Both the position numbers and the translations under genes were made by a program. A DNA stretch of 64,000 nucleotides from an uncultured Spirochaetota bacterium (GTDB lineage: Bacteria; Spirochaetota; Brevinematia; Brevinematales; JAOACQ01): the NCBI GenBank assembly GCA_963783575.1, contig CAWAOD010000015.1, positions 96,001-160,000 on the forward strand, written 5' to 3'. This document shows, one piece after another, positions 22,003-32,092 of the stretch (position 1 is the first letter of the stretch; each line of letters begins with the position of its first letter). The notes under the pieces were generated by a model that saw nothing but the letters and a program-made list of their open reading frames with translations, was not told where the DNA came from and made no database searches.

Positions 22003-23022
22003 CTAGCGGATTATTTCAATTGCCTGGCTCAGCAAGCCTTCGCTTACTTTTAGCCCCAGTTCTTGAGCCACTTTGTAATTGATCTTTAGAACCGATTCGG
22101 GCGAGAGAACCGGGATTGTGCCTGCTTTGATTCCCTTGAAAATTTTATCGGCCAAAGATGCGGCTAGTCTGGCTATTTCAGCATTATTTACCGTAACAGC
22201 GAAAACAGTTCCGTAATCTTTCGTCACAATAGCTGAACCTCCGATTGGTATTTTGCGGCCTCTCGTGAAATTGGCAATTATTTCAAAGTCAGCCTTAGTA
22301 GTGGAAAGAGCTTCTGGAATAAATATGACTGCATCAAAACCCATATCGCCCGATTGGGAACGGCGCTTTAGTTCTGCCTGAAGGTGTGCCAGGTCTTCAC
22401 AAGGAAATTCTATCAGGGTAATATTCAAAGACGCCGCAGCCGGACGGACAGCCTCCAGTTCGGGCAACACAGCCGGGGAGTTTTTCTGGTATGGAAGCCA
22501 AATTCGCCTGGCCTGAGGCATAAGCTCATGCAGTATCTCAAGACGCTTAACAGCAATATCAGTACCGGGATATCGTACGCCGGTGATATTCCCTCCCGGC
22601 TCGCGTACACTATTTACAAGGTTGTTTCCTTCTATTGTAGCATTGGCAAAAACCACCGGAATGTTCGTTCTTTTGGCGGCTTCCTTGGCTTCCAAAGCCG
22701 CTTCCGTGTTGAACCCGAAAATCAAGTCAACCTTGTCTGCTACAAATTTTTTAAGGATTTGCCGTTCTTTATCGGGTTCAAAGTTTGTCTTCTGCAAATC
22801 ATAAACGATATTCTTGCCCTCCACATAGCCCAATTTGGTCATTTCTTCCTTAAAGCCGTCTGCTATGCTGACAAAGAGATTCAATCCGGATAGAATCCCT
22901 ACATGGCAGACTTTGGGCTTTAAGCCGCAACCGGATAAAATAAGGATGATCAAAAATATTATAACAAGAATGATCCAATTTTTTATAATTGCGCGTTGAT
23001 AATTTATATTGTTAAGTTTCAT
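22003..23022 (-). CDS. ABC-type substrate-binding lipoprotein, paralog 1
   Basis: Lipobox LSGC; PGGNITGV, LADKIFKG. Confidence 0.88.
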   Translation of the reverse strand: MKLNNINYQRAIIKNWIILVIIFLIILILSGCGLKPKVCHVGILSGLNLFVSIADGFKEEMTKLGYVEGKNIVYDLQKTNFEPDKERQILKKFVADKVDLIFGFNTEAALEAKEAAKRTNIPVVFANATIEGNNLVNSVREPGGNITGVRYPGTDIAVKRLEILHELMPQARRIWLPYQKNSPAVLPELEAVRPAAASLNITLIEFPCEDLAHLQAELKRRSQSGDMGFDAVIFIPEALSTTKADFEIIANFTRGRKIPIGGSAIVTKDYGTVFAVTVNNAEIARLAASLADKIFKGIKAGTIPVLSPESVLKINYKVAQELGLKVSEGLLSQAIEIIR

Positions 23023-23251
23023 ATTTTACCTCTTTTCTTAATATAAATATCAATTGACTTCAATTTTTTCCAATAAATTGATCTTACATGCTATGCTGAT
23101 TTTCCTTTCGCATAGCCGCTTAGTTTCTTTTCAAAATTCTGAAAAAAATCCATCACATTATTTATTTTGTTGATTGATAAAAAATTATAATAGAGCGAAT
23201 CAAAAACAGCAAAATATGAAGCTGTTTCTTTATATTAGCATTGAAAGGCAT

Positions 23252-25084
23252 TCAAATATATTCCTTCGCTTTCCTCATTCTGGAAGCCAGGTCCTTTCCC
23301 GCCGGGCAGATATAACTGCAGCTTCCGCATAAAATGCAGTTATCTGCTAAATGCCGGGTAGTTCCGGATAAACTGCCGGAATCTACTAAGACGGCTATTT
23401 TATTAACTCTCAGACCCATCGGACAGTTTGAAATACACCGGCTGCAGTTCGAACATAGTTCAGATTCTTTGTATAAAGGATATCTGGATAAAGCTATAAA
23501 ATTTAAATTCTTGTCAACAGTTTCTTCTTCTTCAGCCCGGTGAGCCTGCATTATAACCCCGCCTGCAAATACAGGGTAATTTCCACCGGAAAATAATTGC
23601 CCGAATATATCCGTAATTTTTGATTTCAGTTTAACCCTGGCCACTTGATTCACTTTATTTATAAGATTTGCAGCTGTAATATACCTGCTGTCAGCCTTTT
23701 TATTCAGGTACACGGCTTCATAAACGGCAAAAACAGTCTGAATGTTTAAAATGAGAATCCCCGATTCTGACGGAGGCATTAAAGGCGGAGTATCGATTTT
23801 TAGAATTTTTTTTATAAGAATTTTTTCATAGCCTGCCGGGTAAAAATCCTTAACCTTAATTATTTCAATATGTTCTGGAAATTTTGTATCCACATCTTTC
23901 TTAACCGCTAAATAAATTTTGTTATAGGGAACGGCAATTTTTAATAGATCGATTCCAAGTGAGATTTCACGAATGAATTTCTCAATAATCCATCGGTCAT
24001 GGATTAAGCCCGGATCGCATTCCACGGCATTCACAATAAGGTATTTATTTATTTGACCCGAATACAGAACGCTTTTTATTTTATCATAAACTGAATAACC
24101 GCCCCCGCCCATTCCGAAAATATCCGCTTCTCTTATTTTTTCCAGAATGGAATCAATGGTAAGGCTTTGCGGAGGCTCATTTTCACTTTTTATTTCACCT
24201 GTCAGATCGACCAGCTCGGAGTTTTCGGAATATGGTATGATTTTTTTTATCCTTTTTGATAATGGAAGCCATATTCTTAATAAATAGGTGTTTCTATCAA
24301 TCAAAAATGATGCGGCATTAAAAATCAGCAACGCCATAGAAGTTACCCAAATCGGCTGAGTATAAAAAAGCGGTAAAAAACCGACAAGAAATCCGCCGGT
24401 AAAACCTGCTGCCGGCCTGGGAGTAGTAGAAACCGGATCTGTAATAATAAGGCTTCCCCAGAAAAAAACTCCGGAAGAAATAATACTTGTAAAATTTAAT
24501 GCATTCCGGAATAATAAAGCGGCGGTCATTCCTGCTATCAGTCCGAGACCCGCAAAAGGACGGAACATTATAAACGGTAAGGATAAAATAATGGCCGGTA
24601 TTATTAAAATCGAAGGGCTGATTATGGGGTAATTAATTTTAAATATTAATGATAAAAACAGAACTCCTATAATAGCAGGATTTGCCCAGTTTTTCCCGGT
24701 ACCTCCCCAGATATGCTTGCCGATGACCAGTGCGGTAACGATCTCCAAAAACTTTCCCCACAGGGGAACGCCGGGAGTCAAAACCTGCAGAATACCCATT
24801 GTAACCGCAGCAGAAACAGCGCAGACCGGCTTTTTAAACCTGATAAAATTTATAAGCGAATCTATTATCAGCGCAGAAACTAAAAGCATCATAAACCAGA
24901 TAAATTCAACCGGATTTTTTACCCAAACTGGCAGTTGATAAAGTATAAGCACTGCGAATAAGACTGCCTGAATGTGCTCATTCGACAGCTTTGATCGTAT
25001 CAGGGGAAAGTATTTTATTATCAGATTCCCGCGAAAAACCCATGCAGCCGGTGAAAACCCCCGCCCAGCAGCATCATCGGGCAA
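23252..25084 (-). CDS. Fusion of an RnfD/NqrB-like membrane domain and an RnfC-like FMN/2x[4Fe-4S] domain (true start uncertain, probably near or downstream of 25024)
   Basis: GKHIWGGTGKNWANPA and ITDPVSTTP (RnfD-like); GMGGGG, IVNAVECDP, YPAGYEK (RnfC-like); CSNCSRCISNCP and CILCGSCSYICP. Confidence 0.8.
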   Translation of the reverse strand: MPDDAAGRGFSPAAWVFRGNLIIKYFPLIRSKLSNEHIQAVLFAVLILYQLPVWVKNPVEFIWFMMLLVSALIIDSLINFIRFKKPVCAVSAAVTMGILQVLTPGVPLWGKFLEIVTALVIGKHIWGGTGKNWANPAIIGVLFLSLIFKINYPIISPSILIIPAIILSLPFIMFRPFAGLGLIAGMTAALLFRNALNFTSIISSGVFFWGSLIITDPVSTTPRPAAGFTGGFLVGFLPLFYTQPIWVTSMALLIFNAASFLIDRNTYLLRIWLPLSKRIKKIIPYSENSELVDLTGEIKSENEPPQSLTIDSILEKIREADIFGMGGGGYSVYDKIKSVLYSGQINKYLIVNAVECDPGLIHDRWIIEKFIREISLGIDLLKIAVPYNKIYLAVKKDVDTKFPEHIEIIKVKDFYPAGYEKILIKKILKIDTPPLMPPSESGILILNIQTVFAVYEAVYLNKKADSRYITAANLINKVNQVARVKLKSKITDIFGQLFSGGNYPVFAGGVIMQAHRAEEEETVDKNLNFIALSRYPLYKESELCSNCSRCISNCPMGLRVNKIAVLVDSGSLSGTTRHLADNCILCGSCSYICPAGKDLASRMRKAKEYI

Positions 25085-25443
25085 GCGACAACTGTCTGAA
25101 TTCCGGCTTCACTGCATTCTTTAAGAGTTGCCGGGCTTACCGATTTTTTACTGTTGAAAAGAATCCTTTTTACCCCCCTGTTTTTCAATTCCTTCACCAT
25201 TTCACCAGTATTTTTCTGATTTGTCAGAAAATAGACTGTTTTTGGTAAATTCTGCAGATCGCCAGTATCATTATAAACTTTTATATCAAATTTTAAATTT
25301 CGGTTTTTATTGAGAGGAATTACCCTGATGCCGCTATTAGAAAAAGCCTGATAGACACTATTGCAAAAACTTTCCTGCCTGCTTGAAAATCCGACAAAAA
25401 ACACTTCATTATCGATAAAGAAATCCCTGTTTAATTTTCCCAT
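25021..25443 (-). CDS. CoA-binding domain protein (YccU-like)
   Basis: 'VFFVGFS...VIPLN...GVKRILF...EAGIQTVVACPMM'. Confidence 0.72.
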   Translation of the reverse strand: MGKLNRDFFIDNEVFFVGFSSRQESFCNSVYQAFSNSGIRVIPLNKNRNLKFDIKVYNDTGDLQNLPKTVYFLTNQKNTGEMVKELKNRGVKRILFNSKKSVSPATLKECSEAGIQTVVACPMMLLGGGFHRLHGFFAGI

Positions 25444-25524
25444 ATTTGCCTCCTATCTTATGAAATATTTTAGCCTGTAATCCGAAATTATTCAAATTAT
25501 TGTTGCGTTGAGCGAACATGACTA

Positions 25525-25552
25525 TTGACTAATAAAAATTTTATGTTATAAT
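25525..25552 (+). promoter_or_regulatory. Sigma70-type promoter for the HD-GYP gene
   Basis: TTGACT, 16 bp, TATAAT, with an extended -10 TG. Confidence 0.55.
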
Positions 25553-25581
25553 ATTCAGAATTTTGTTTAGCGGAAAAAATT

Positions 25582-26971
25582 ATGAGTTCGAAGAATGAAA
25601 ACACATCGGATCAGGATGATTATTTACTCGAACTATATACTGAAACATTTTATCCGGGTATTATATTGGAAGCCGATGCATTTACCGCCACCGGAGAGAA
25701 GGTTATTAATAAGGACGAGCCGGTAACAAAAGAATTAATCGAAAAGCTTAAAGCGGATAATATTAACTGCCTTTATTATTCTTTAAGCAGCCTTTCCAGT
25801 GATGAACTTATAGAAACAAAAGAATTTATTGTGGTTGAGATGGATATTAAATCCCTTTATCCGGGTATAGCGCTGAAGGGGGATGCTTATAAGCCAGACG
25901 GAACTATTCTTGTTCGAAGGGGAGAGACTATAACGGCAGGTATTATTAAAAGCCTCGAAGATCAGGAAATCCATAAATTTAATTATAACAAACCCGTATA
26001 TTCAAAAATAAGTCAGACATTTGTAGAACAATATATCGTATCAAATGCATTAATAGAAAAATCACTTTATCTTGCCAAAGAAATAGAGAAATGTATATTA
26101 AAAAAAGCGGCCCTTCCCAAAGCTGAAATAGACAGCATAATTGATAAACTGGTCGGAGAAATTTCGATCAGTGAGACTTATACAATCCTGAATCTTCTAA
26201 AACTTAAGGAATTTGACGACATGACATATTTCCATTCCATTAATGTGGCGATGCTTGCAATTCTATTCGGAAAAACCATGCTTTTCAGCCAAGAAAAACT
26301 TAAACTGCTGGGCATAGGCGGAATCCTCCATGATCTTGGAAAATTACTTGTACCAAAGGAATTACTTAATAAAAAAGAAAATTTAACGGATAAAGAATGG
26401 CAGACAATCCAGAAACACCCATTATATGGCTATGATATATTAAAAACCCAGAAAGATTTTAATAAAGAAGTTGAAAAATGCATTCTCTGGCATCATGAAA
26501 ACTATGATGGAACCGGTTATCCTTTCCAGCTCTCACGAGATAAAATGGGTGAATTGGCGGAAATTGTCTCGATTGCAGATTTTTATGACGCAATGACCTC
26601 TCCCAAGCCATACCGTCCTGAATATCCCATCTGGTTTACTTTTTTAGCAATCCAAAACCAATCCGGCAAAAAATTTCATCCGCGCCTTACTACTGAATTT
26701 ATAAACCGAATGCCCGGGAGACTTTTATGGAAGGCCGATTGTCCCGCTTTTGTCTTATGTTGTCCTTGATACAAAAGAAATCGCTCAGGTAATAAAAATT
26801 GATTACTCCCAGAGCCTTCGTCCCATAATTATGATCTATATTAATTCGAAAATGGAGCCTCTCAAATATCCTCTCCAGGTAGATCTTCAGCTTGATATAA
26901 GCCGGAATATCGAACAGGTTATCGAAGACAAAAAATTAATAGAAACGCTGGAAAAGCTAAGGAAAGGCTGA
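25582..26971 (+). CDS. HD-GYP c-di-GMP phosphodiesterase with a duplicated N-terminal module; one frameshift at the T-run 26723-26726
   Basis: HSINVA, HDLGK, HHENYDGTGYP. Removing one T gives ...MPGRLYGRPIVPLLSYVVLD..., fusing ORF 26750-26971 (1389 nt). Confidence 0.88.
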
Positions 26972-27021
26972 TGATTCCTGCCATTGAATGCGATTAGATA
27001 AAGATAAAGAAAAATTAAATA

Positions 27022-27819
27022 TTAAAATTTATTTTCATCAAAAATCATATAATTTTTATTTAATAAATAATAAAAATAATCTGTTTTACATAATTTAGAA
27101 TATTTTAATTTAAATATATCAGCATTGTTAGATTTATAATTAGTATAAGAAATTCCTAAACTATGAATTAATTTTGCATCAGGACAAAATATACAAATTT
27201 TATTTAATTTAGATTTTATCGATATACATAAAGCAATATCTTCATGACCATAATAAAAATTTTCATCAAACCCATTTACTATTTCAAAATCTTTTCTTCT
27301 AACTAATACACATGCCGCTGTAACCGCTTGATAAATTCTGGGCTGTGAAATAAACCATAAATGTTTACTTATTAATTTTCCGTAATAAATAAGTGCCGGT
27401 TGCCTATTATTTAAAAATATAATTCCACATTGTTGAATCCTTTTTTGATCAGGATATAATATTAAAGGCCCTATTACTCCAACTTTTTCATGCGTTTCTA
27501 ATATTTTTGCCATATTAAAAAGCCAATCTTCATTAATTGGCTCCACATCATCATTTAAAAATAATATATATTCGCCATTTCCTATTTTAGATAATGCATT
27601 ATTATTAGAAGAAAAAGAACCATTATTGTTATCATTAAAAACAGCAATTATTCTATTATCTCCATTAGATACTATTTTTTTTACTTCATCATTAGCATCG
27701 TTACACCAAATATACCATTTATAATCAACATTTTTAGTTTTTTCTAATACAGTTTTAATACACCTATCTAATTTTTCTGTATTGCGATAAGTTGTAGTAC
27801 AAATATCTATAGAAATCAT
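27022..27819 (-). CDS. Glycosyltransferase family 2 (soluble, WbbL-like); very AT-rich
   Basis: FSSNNN, YILFLNDD, AVTAACVLVRR, GFDENFYYGHED. Confidence 0.88.
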   Translation of the reverse strand: MISIDICTTTYRNTEKLDRCIKTVLEKTKNVDYKWYIWCNDANDEVKKIVSNGDNRIIAVFNDNNNGSFSSNNNALSKIGNGEYILFLNDDVEPINEDWLFNMAKILETHEKVGVIGPLILYPDQKRIQQCGIIFLNNRQPALIYYGKLISKHLWFISQPRIYQAVTAACVLVRRKDFEIVNGFDENFYYGHEDIALCISIKSKLNKICIFCPDAKLIHSLGISYTNYKSNNADIFKLKYSKLCKTDYFYYLLNKNYMIFDENKF

Positions 27820-27849
27820 ATTTATTCCATTAAAATTTTTTTAAGTTTT

Positions 27850-29105
27850 TCACCATTTGTTTGGTATTTTTCGAAATTCATTATATAAACTTATTAATTT
27901 TTGATATTCTATGCTCTTTATTTTAGGTGTTTTATTTGACCAGATCAAAATCATGATCCTTAAGTTCTAGAAGAAGGTTTTTTTCTTTACAATACTCATA
28001 TAAGGAACTTCCCGGATAAGGAGTAAAAAATGAAAGTGCAGGATATTCCAATTTCATATGTTTCATTAATTCAAATGTCGATATCGACTCTTCAATTGTT
28101 TCTTCTGGTAATCCAACCATAAACATACCCATTATTTCAATTCCTATTTCCTTTAGAATTGTATTTGATGTATATATATGTTCCAATGTGATTCCTTTGT
28201 TCAGAAAATTAAGTACACGCTGACTTCCGCTTTCAAACCCTATATGAACTGTTGAAAGACCTAATAAATGCATTTTCTTGAATAAATTCGGATTTTTACA
28301 AACAATATCCGCCCTAGTTTGACAAGCCCATTTTAAGGATAATCCGGCCTTTTCATATTCAAAACAGAACTCTTCGGCATAATGCATATTTTCTGTAAAA
28401 CAGTCATCATGAACGAAAAAACTATTTATTTTATAATTTTTTTTCAAATAATTAAGTTCTTCAATAACATTTTTTACGCTTCGTCTTCTTACAATCTTAC
28501 CGAATAAGATTTTTTCCGATGGCTGGCAGAAAGAACAGTTATATGTACATCCCCTTGATGAAATAATTGTGGCGAAAGGTGTTTTCAAATTTTTAAAATA
28601 AGGTAATTCTTTATTTTTAAAGAGCCCTCTGTCTGCGAATGGAAGTTCGTCAAGATTGGGTTTTTTCCCTATAATTACTTTTTCACGATGCTTTTTATTT
28701 TTAATATCTGTAATTAATTCAATTAATGATATTTCTCCCTCACCAATGATTAAATAATCGATTAGATTATTTGACTCAAAATCTTGTGGAGCAATACTCG
28801 GCATGAATTCCTCCTATGACGATTGAAACAAATGGCATAATTTCCTTTGCTATTTCAATACATTTTTGTGCAATTGATAAATCTATGGTAAGTGCTGTGA
28901 TTGCAATTATATCCGGTTTTATGCCGCGCAATTTGTTTTTATAATCTTTCCAATTTCTGCATGTCCGCATGTCAATTAATTCGGTTTGATAACCGGCTAT
29001 TTTACAACAGGAGCTTAATAATGATAACCCGTGATGCATCCATTTATATCGATTACCTTTTCTAAATGCATCCATGCAATCCGGGTAAATGAATAATATT
29101 TTCAT
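27850..29105 (-). CDS. Cobalamin-binding radical SAM protein with two apparent +1 frameshifts (~28800 and ~27941)
   Basis: MKILFIYP...IVIGGIH joins (P/A)SIAPQDF...GEGE; SRGCTYNCSFC; GFESGS. The alternative frame continues SNKTPKIKSIEYQ...W* to 27850 (1256-2 is divisible by 3). Confidence 0.82.
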
Positions 29106-29240
29106 AATCTTTCCTATAATACTAAGATTTTCATTTTTAAGTAACTGATAGAAAAAGATTATAATCAGTGGTGTATAAAAAATCAAAAAAACTCCGAATT
29201 ATCTATATTGCAATAAACACATTTTCTAGGTATTGAAATA

Positions 29241-29426
29241 TTTGTCAGTTTTCCAGATTTATGTCAGATTTTACTACACCTGTCAGATTTTAAAACGATC
29301 TTATATAATCAATAGGAAGAATAAAAAAGATACTTCACAAATCTATAATTAAAAGCTATAATATCAATTAAGAATAATCATTTACTCAAAAACTCTCTTT
29401 GGTGTTTGATTGGCATTCTATTTGCT
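29241..29426 (+). promoter_or_regulatory. Sigma-54 promoter with upstream triple-repeat enhancer, copy 1
   Basis: TGTCAG at 29243/29262/29281 (19-bp period); TGGCAT-TCTAT-TTGCT at 29411-29426 (GG to GC spacing 12). Confidence 0.8.
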
Positions 29427-29534
29427 TTAAACTTTCGACATCATTGGGAGGCAATTTAGCTAATTAACGAGGCGTTTTTTTTCAAACTGCCAGTTATACC
29501 GGTTGAAAAAAGGTTACAGAATGGGGGGATATTT

Positions 29535-30974
29535 ATGTTTGATTTTTCATTTACAAATGCAAATGTTGGCGATTATATTCTTTTATTTTTCAAATTATAT
29601 TTTTTTATACTTGGCGTTCTTGCAGCATTATATACAGTTTATCTAATAATAAAATTTGTCTATCGATTAATCAAAAATCCAAATATTAAATCAACCATAT
29701 TAATTATTTTAATAATTCTATTTTGTATTTTTCCTATAACGAGAAATATTTTGATCATTTGCGGCTTTTCTGTTTTAGTATTATACAATGTAAATTTTAT
29801 TACAATGACCTTTTCTGCGATTTTACTTAAAATCAATGAAAAAAGTAAAGATAAAAAAAATTCTTCGGATATAAAACCTCTGGATTCTAATCCCGGTGAT
29901 TATATTTATCCAAAAATATCAATACTCTTTCCAATAAAAAATGAAAGTAAGATTATTTGTAATTCTTTAGATAGAGTTTTAGATGTTGATTATCCTACCG
30001 ATAAAATCGATATTGTATTGATAGACGACCATTCAACTGATAATACACTGGAAGTTCTGGCTAATTATTCTAAAAGAGATAAGATAACTATATTGGAAAA
30101 CGATCAGGAACCCGGTAAGGCAAGCGCTATGAATAAAGCATTAAAATATATAAAAACGGATTTTGTCCTGATTCTTGATGCGGATCACTATTTATCTAAA
30201 GATTTTTTGAAAAAAGGTATTCGCTTTTTTGACGATAATGCTGTTGCAATGGTTCAGGGTATGCTTTCTATCAGGAATGGAAAACGGACGGTTATTTCCA
30301 AACTGGTAGAAATCGAATACAATCACTGGCATCAAATTTTTTATTATACGCGATCTACTACTTTATTCATGGGCTCCGGCTGTATATTTCGCTGCAATGC
30401 TTTAAAAGCAGCGGGTGATTTTAATAATGATATTCCGACTGAAGATTGGGAGATGAGTTATCGGATTCATCTGAAAGGAAATAAGACAGTTTATTGCAAT
30501 AAAATTTCCACTAATGAATTAGCACCTGAAAAAGTAAAAGATTTTCTGAAGCAAAGATACAGATGGATAAGGGGAACATGGACTGGACTCAAGGTCCAGT
30601 TTTCAAATATAATAAATTCCCCGAAAATGGAAAAATCAAAAAAAATTGAAATTTTATCTCTTGGCTTACTACCGCTTATTCTTCTCGGGTATTATGTAAT
30701 ATACTTTTTTTATTCTTTAGGATTTATTAATATCATTGCTTTTCCTATTGATTTTAAATTAATCTTATTATGCCATGTTCCTTTTTATATATATAATATT
30801 CTCGGATTACTTTATGCAAAAAATCTAAAAAGTTTACCTTTCATAATATTTATACCATTTGAGTATCTAATATACTCATTAAGCGGTTTAGAAGCAATGT
30901 TAGATGAATGGCTATTCAATAGCCCGTTTAAAGGGGAAAAAGCGGATCGCTCCACCATTATTCTGACTGATTGA
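29535..30974 (+). CDS. Membrane GT2 glycosyltransferase (CesA/IcaA-like D,D,D,QxxRW type), paralog A
   Basis: IDDHSTD, GKASAMN, LDAD, TED, QRYRW; TM helices at both ends. Confidence 0.9.
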   Translation: MFDFSFTNANVGDYILLFFKLYFFILGVLAALYTVYLIIKFVYRLIKNPNIKSTILIILIILFCIFPITRNILIICGFSVLVLYNVNFITMTFSAILLKINEKSKDKKNSSDIKPLDSNPGDYIYPKISILFPIKNESKIICNSLDRVLDVDYPTDKIDIVLIDDHSTDNTLEVLANYSKRDKITILENDQEPGKASAMNKALKYIKTDFVLILDADHYLSKDFLKKGIRFFDDNAVAMVQGMLSIRNGKRTVISKLVEIEYNHWHQIFYYTRSTTLFMGSGCIFRCNALKAAGDFNNDIPTEDWEMSYRIHLKGNKTVYCNKISTNELAPEKVKDFLKQRYRWIRGTWTGLKVQFSNIINSPKMEKSKKIEILSLGLLPLILLGYYVIYFFYSLGFINIIAFPIDFKLILLCHVPFYIYNILGLLYAKNLKSLPFIIFIPFEYLIYSLSGLEAMLDEWLFNSPFKGEKADRSTIILTD

Positions 30975-31001
30975 TGGCATATCCAATTTAAGGAAGGGGT
31001 T

Positions 31002-31985
31002 ATGCACAAAAATAATATTAAAGATGTTCGTATAGACGCATCTTCAATTTGTCAATTGAAATGTCCTGTATGCCCTACCGGCCAGGGACTGAATAAAAAT
31101 AATGTTGTTGGTTCGGGATTTTTAAAATTCGAGAATTTCAAGAAATTTATTGAAACAAACCCAAATATAAAAATGATTGAGTTGTCGAATTGGGGTGAAA
31201 TATTTCTTAATCCGGAAATAAATGATATAATAAAATATGCATTTGAAAAAAAAGTAAAATTGACCGCTACAAACGGAGTAAACTTCAACAATGTCAAAGA
31301 AGATACCTTAAGATATTTGGTGGAATATAAATTCAAATTTCTTTTAATATCGCTTGATGGGGCATCACAAGAGATTTATTCCAAATATAGAATAGGAGGA
31401 AATTTTAATCAGATTATAGATAACATAAAAATAATCAACGAATATAAAAAGAAATTCAGATCAAAATACCCATTACTTTGCTGGCAATTTGTAAAATTCG
31501 GACATAATCAGAATGAAACTTCTTTAGCCGAAAAAATGGCTAAAAAATTGGGTATGTCTTTCATAATAAAAGACAACTGGGATAATGATTATTCGCCAGT
31601 CATTTCAATACCATCAAATAAAAAAAAGCCCGGGAAAATAAGTAACAGTAATCGCAATCCTTTTTTTTGTTCTTATCTGTGGACAAGCCCTCAAGTCAAC
31701 TGGGACGGAAAACTATTGGGATGTTGCATTAACGATTGGTATGATTTCGGCAATGCCTTTAATAAGAGTTTACGGGAATTGATAAACAGCGATATTTATG
31801 TTCACACAAAGAATGTTTTGCTTGGCAGGGAAAAGCCGAATTCAAATTTCCTATGCAGAGACTGCAATGTTTATATAGAATTGAGAAAAAATAATCTATA
31901 TGGAACGCTTAAATTTAATATTTTAGTATCACGGATGATTGGGAGCATGAATCAAATGATTATTTTTAAGGGGTTTGGAAGCTAG
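31002..31985 (+). CDS. Radical SAM protein with SPASM/twitch domain
   Basis: CQLKCPVC, NWGEIFL, SLDGAS; C-terminal CSYLW...DGKLLGCC...CRDC. Confidence 0.88.
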   Translation: MHKNNIKDVRIDASSICQLKCPVCPTGQGLNKNNVVGSGFLKFENFKKFIETNPNIKMIELSNWGEIFLNPEINDIIKYAFEKKVKLTATNGVNFNNVKEDTLRYLVEYKFKFLLISLDGASQEIYSKYRIGGNFNQIIDNIKIINEYKKKFRSKYPLLCWQFVKFGHNQNETSLAEKMAKKLGMSFIIKDNWDNDYSPVISIPSNKKKPGKISNSNRNPFFCSYLWTSPQVNWDGKLLGCCINDWYDFGNAFNKSLRELINSDIYVHTKNVLLGREKPNSNFLCRDCNVYIELRKNNLYGTLKFNILVSRMIGSMNQMIIFKGFGS

Positions 31986-32092
31986 CTCATTTAAAGAAGA
32001 AAAACGGATTGTTCCATCGATTGCCGGCAGGAATGAATTTCTGATTTCTATTCTGTCGATGCCGGTTATATAATAACTTATGGATGTGAATT

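Noticed and set aside
26750..26971. Separate 73-aa gene
   Set aside because: It is the C-terminus of the HD-GYP protein after a single-base frameshift.
29243..29297. CRISPR-like or tandem-repeat array from the TGTCAG repeats
   Set aside because: Only three units at a 19-bp period, no spacer-length unique sequences and no cas genes; better explained as activator binding sites.
31986..32092. RiPP precursor peptide for the SPASM enzymes
   Set aside because: This gap and those at 29.1-29.5, 36.2-36.4 and 40.4-40.5 kb show no convincing short ORF with an RBS, and no PqqD/RRE domain or peptidase is evident.
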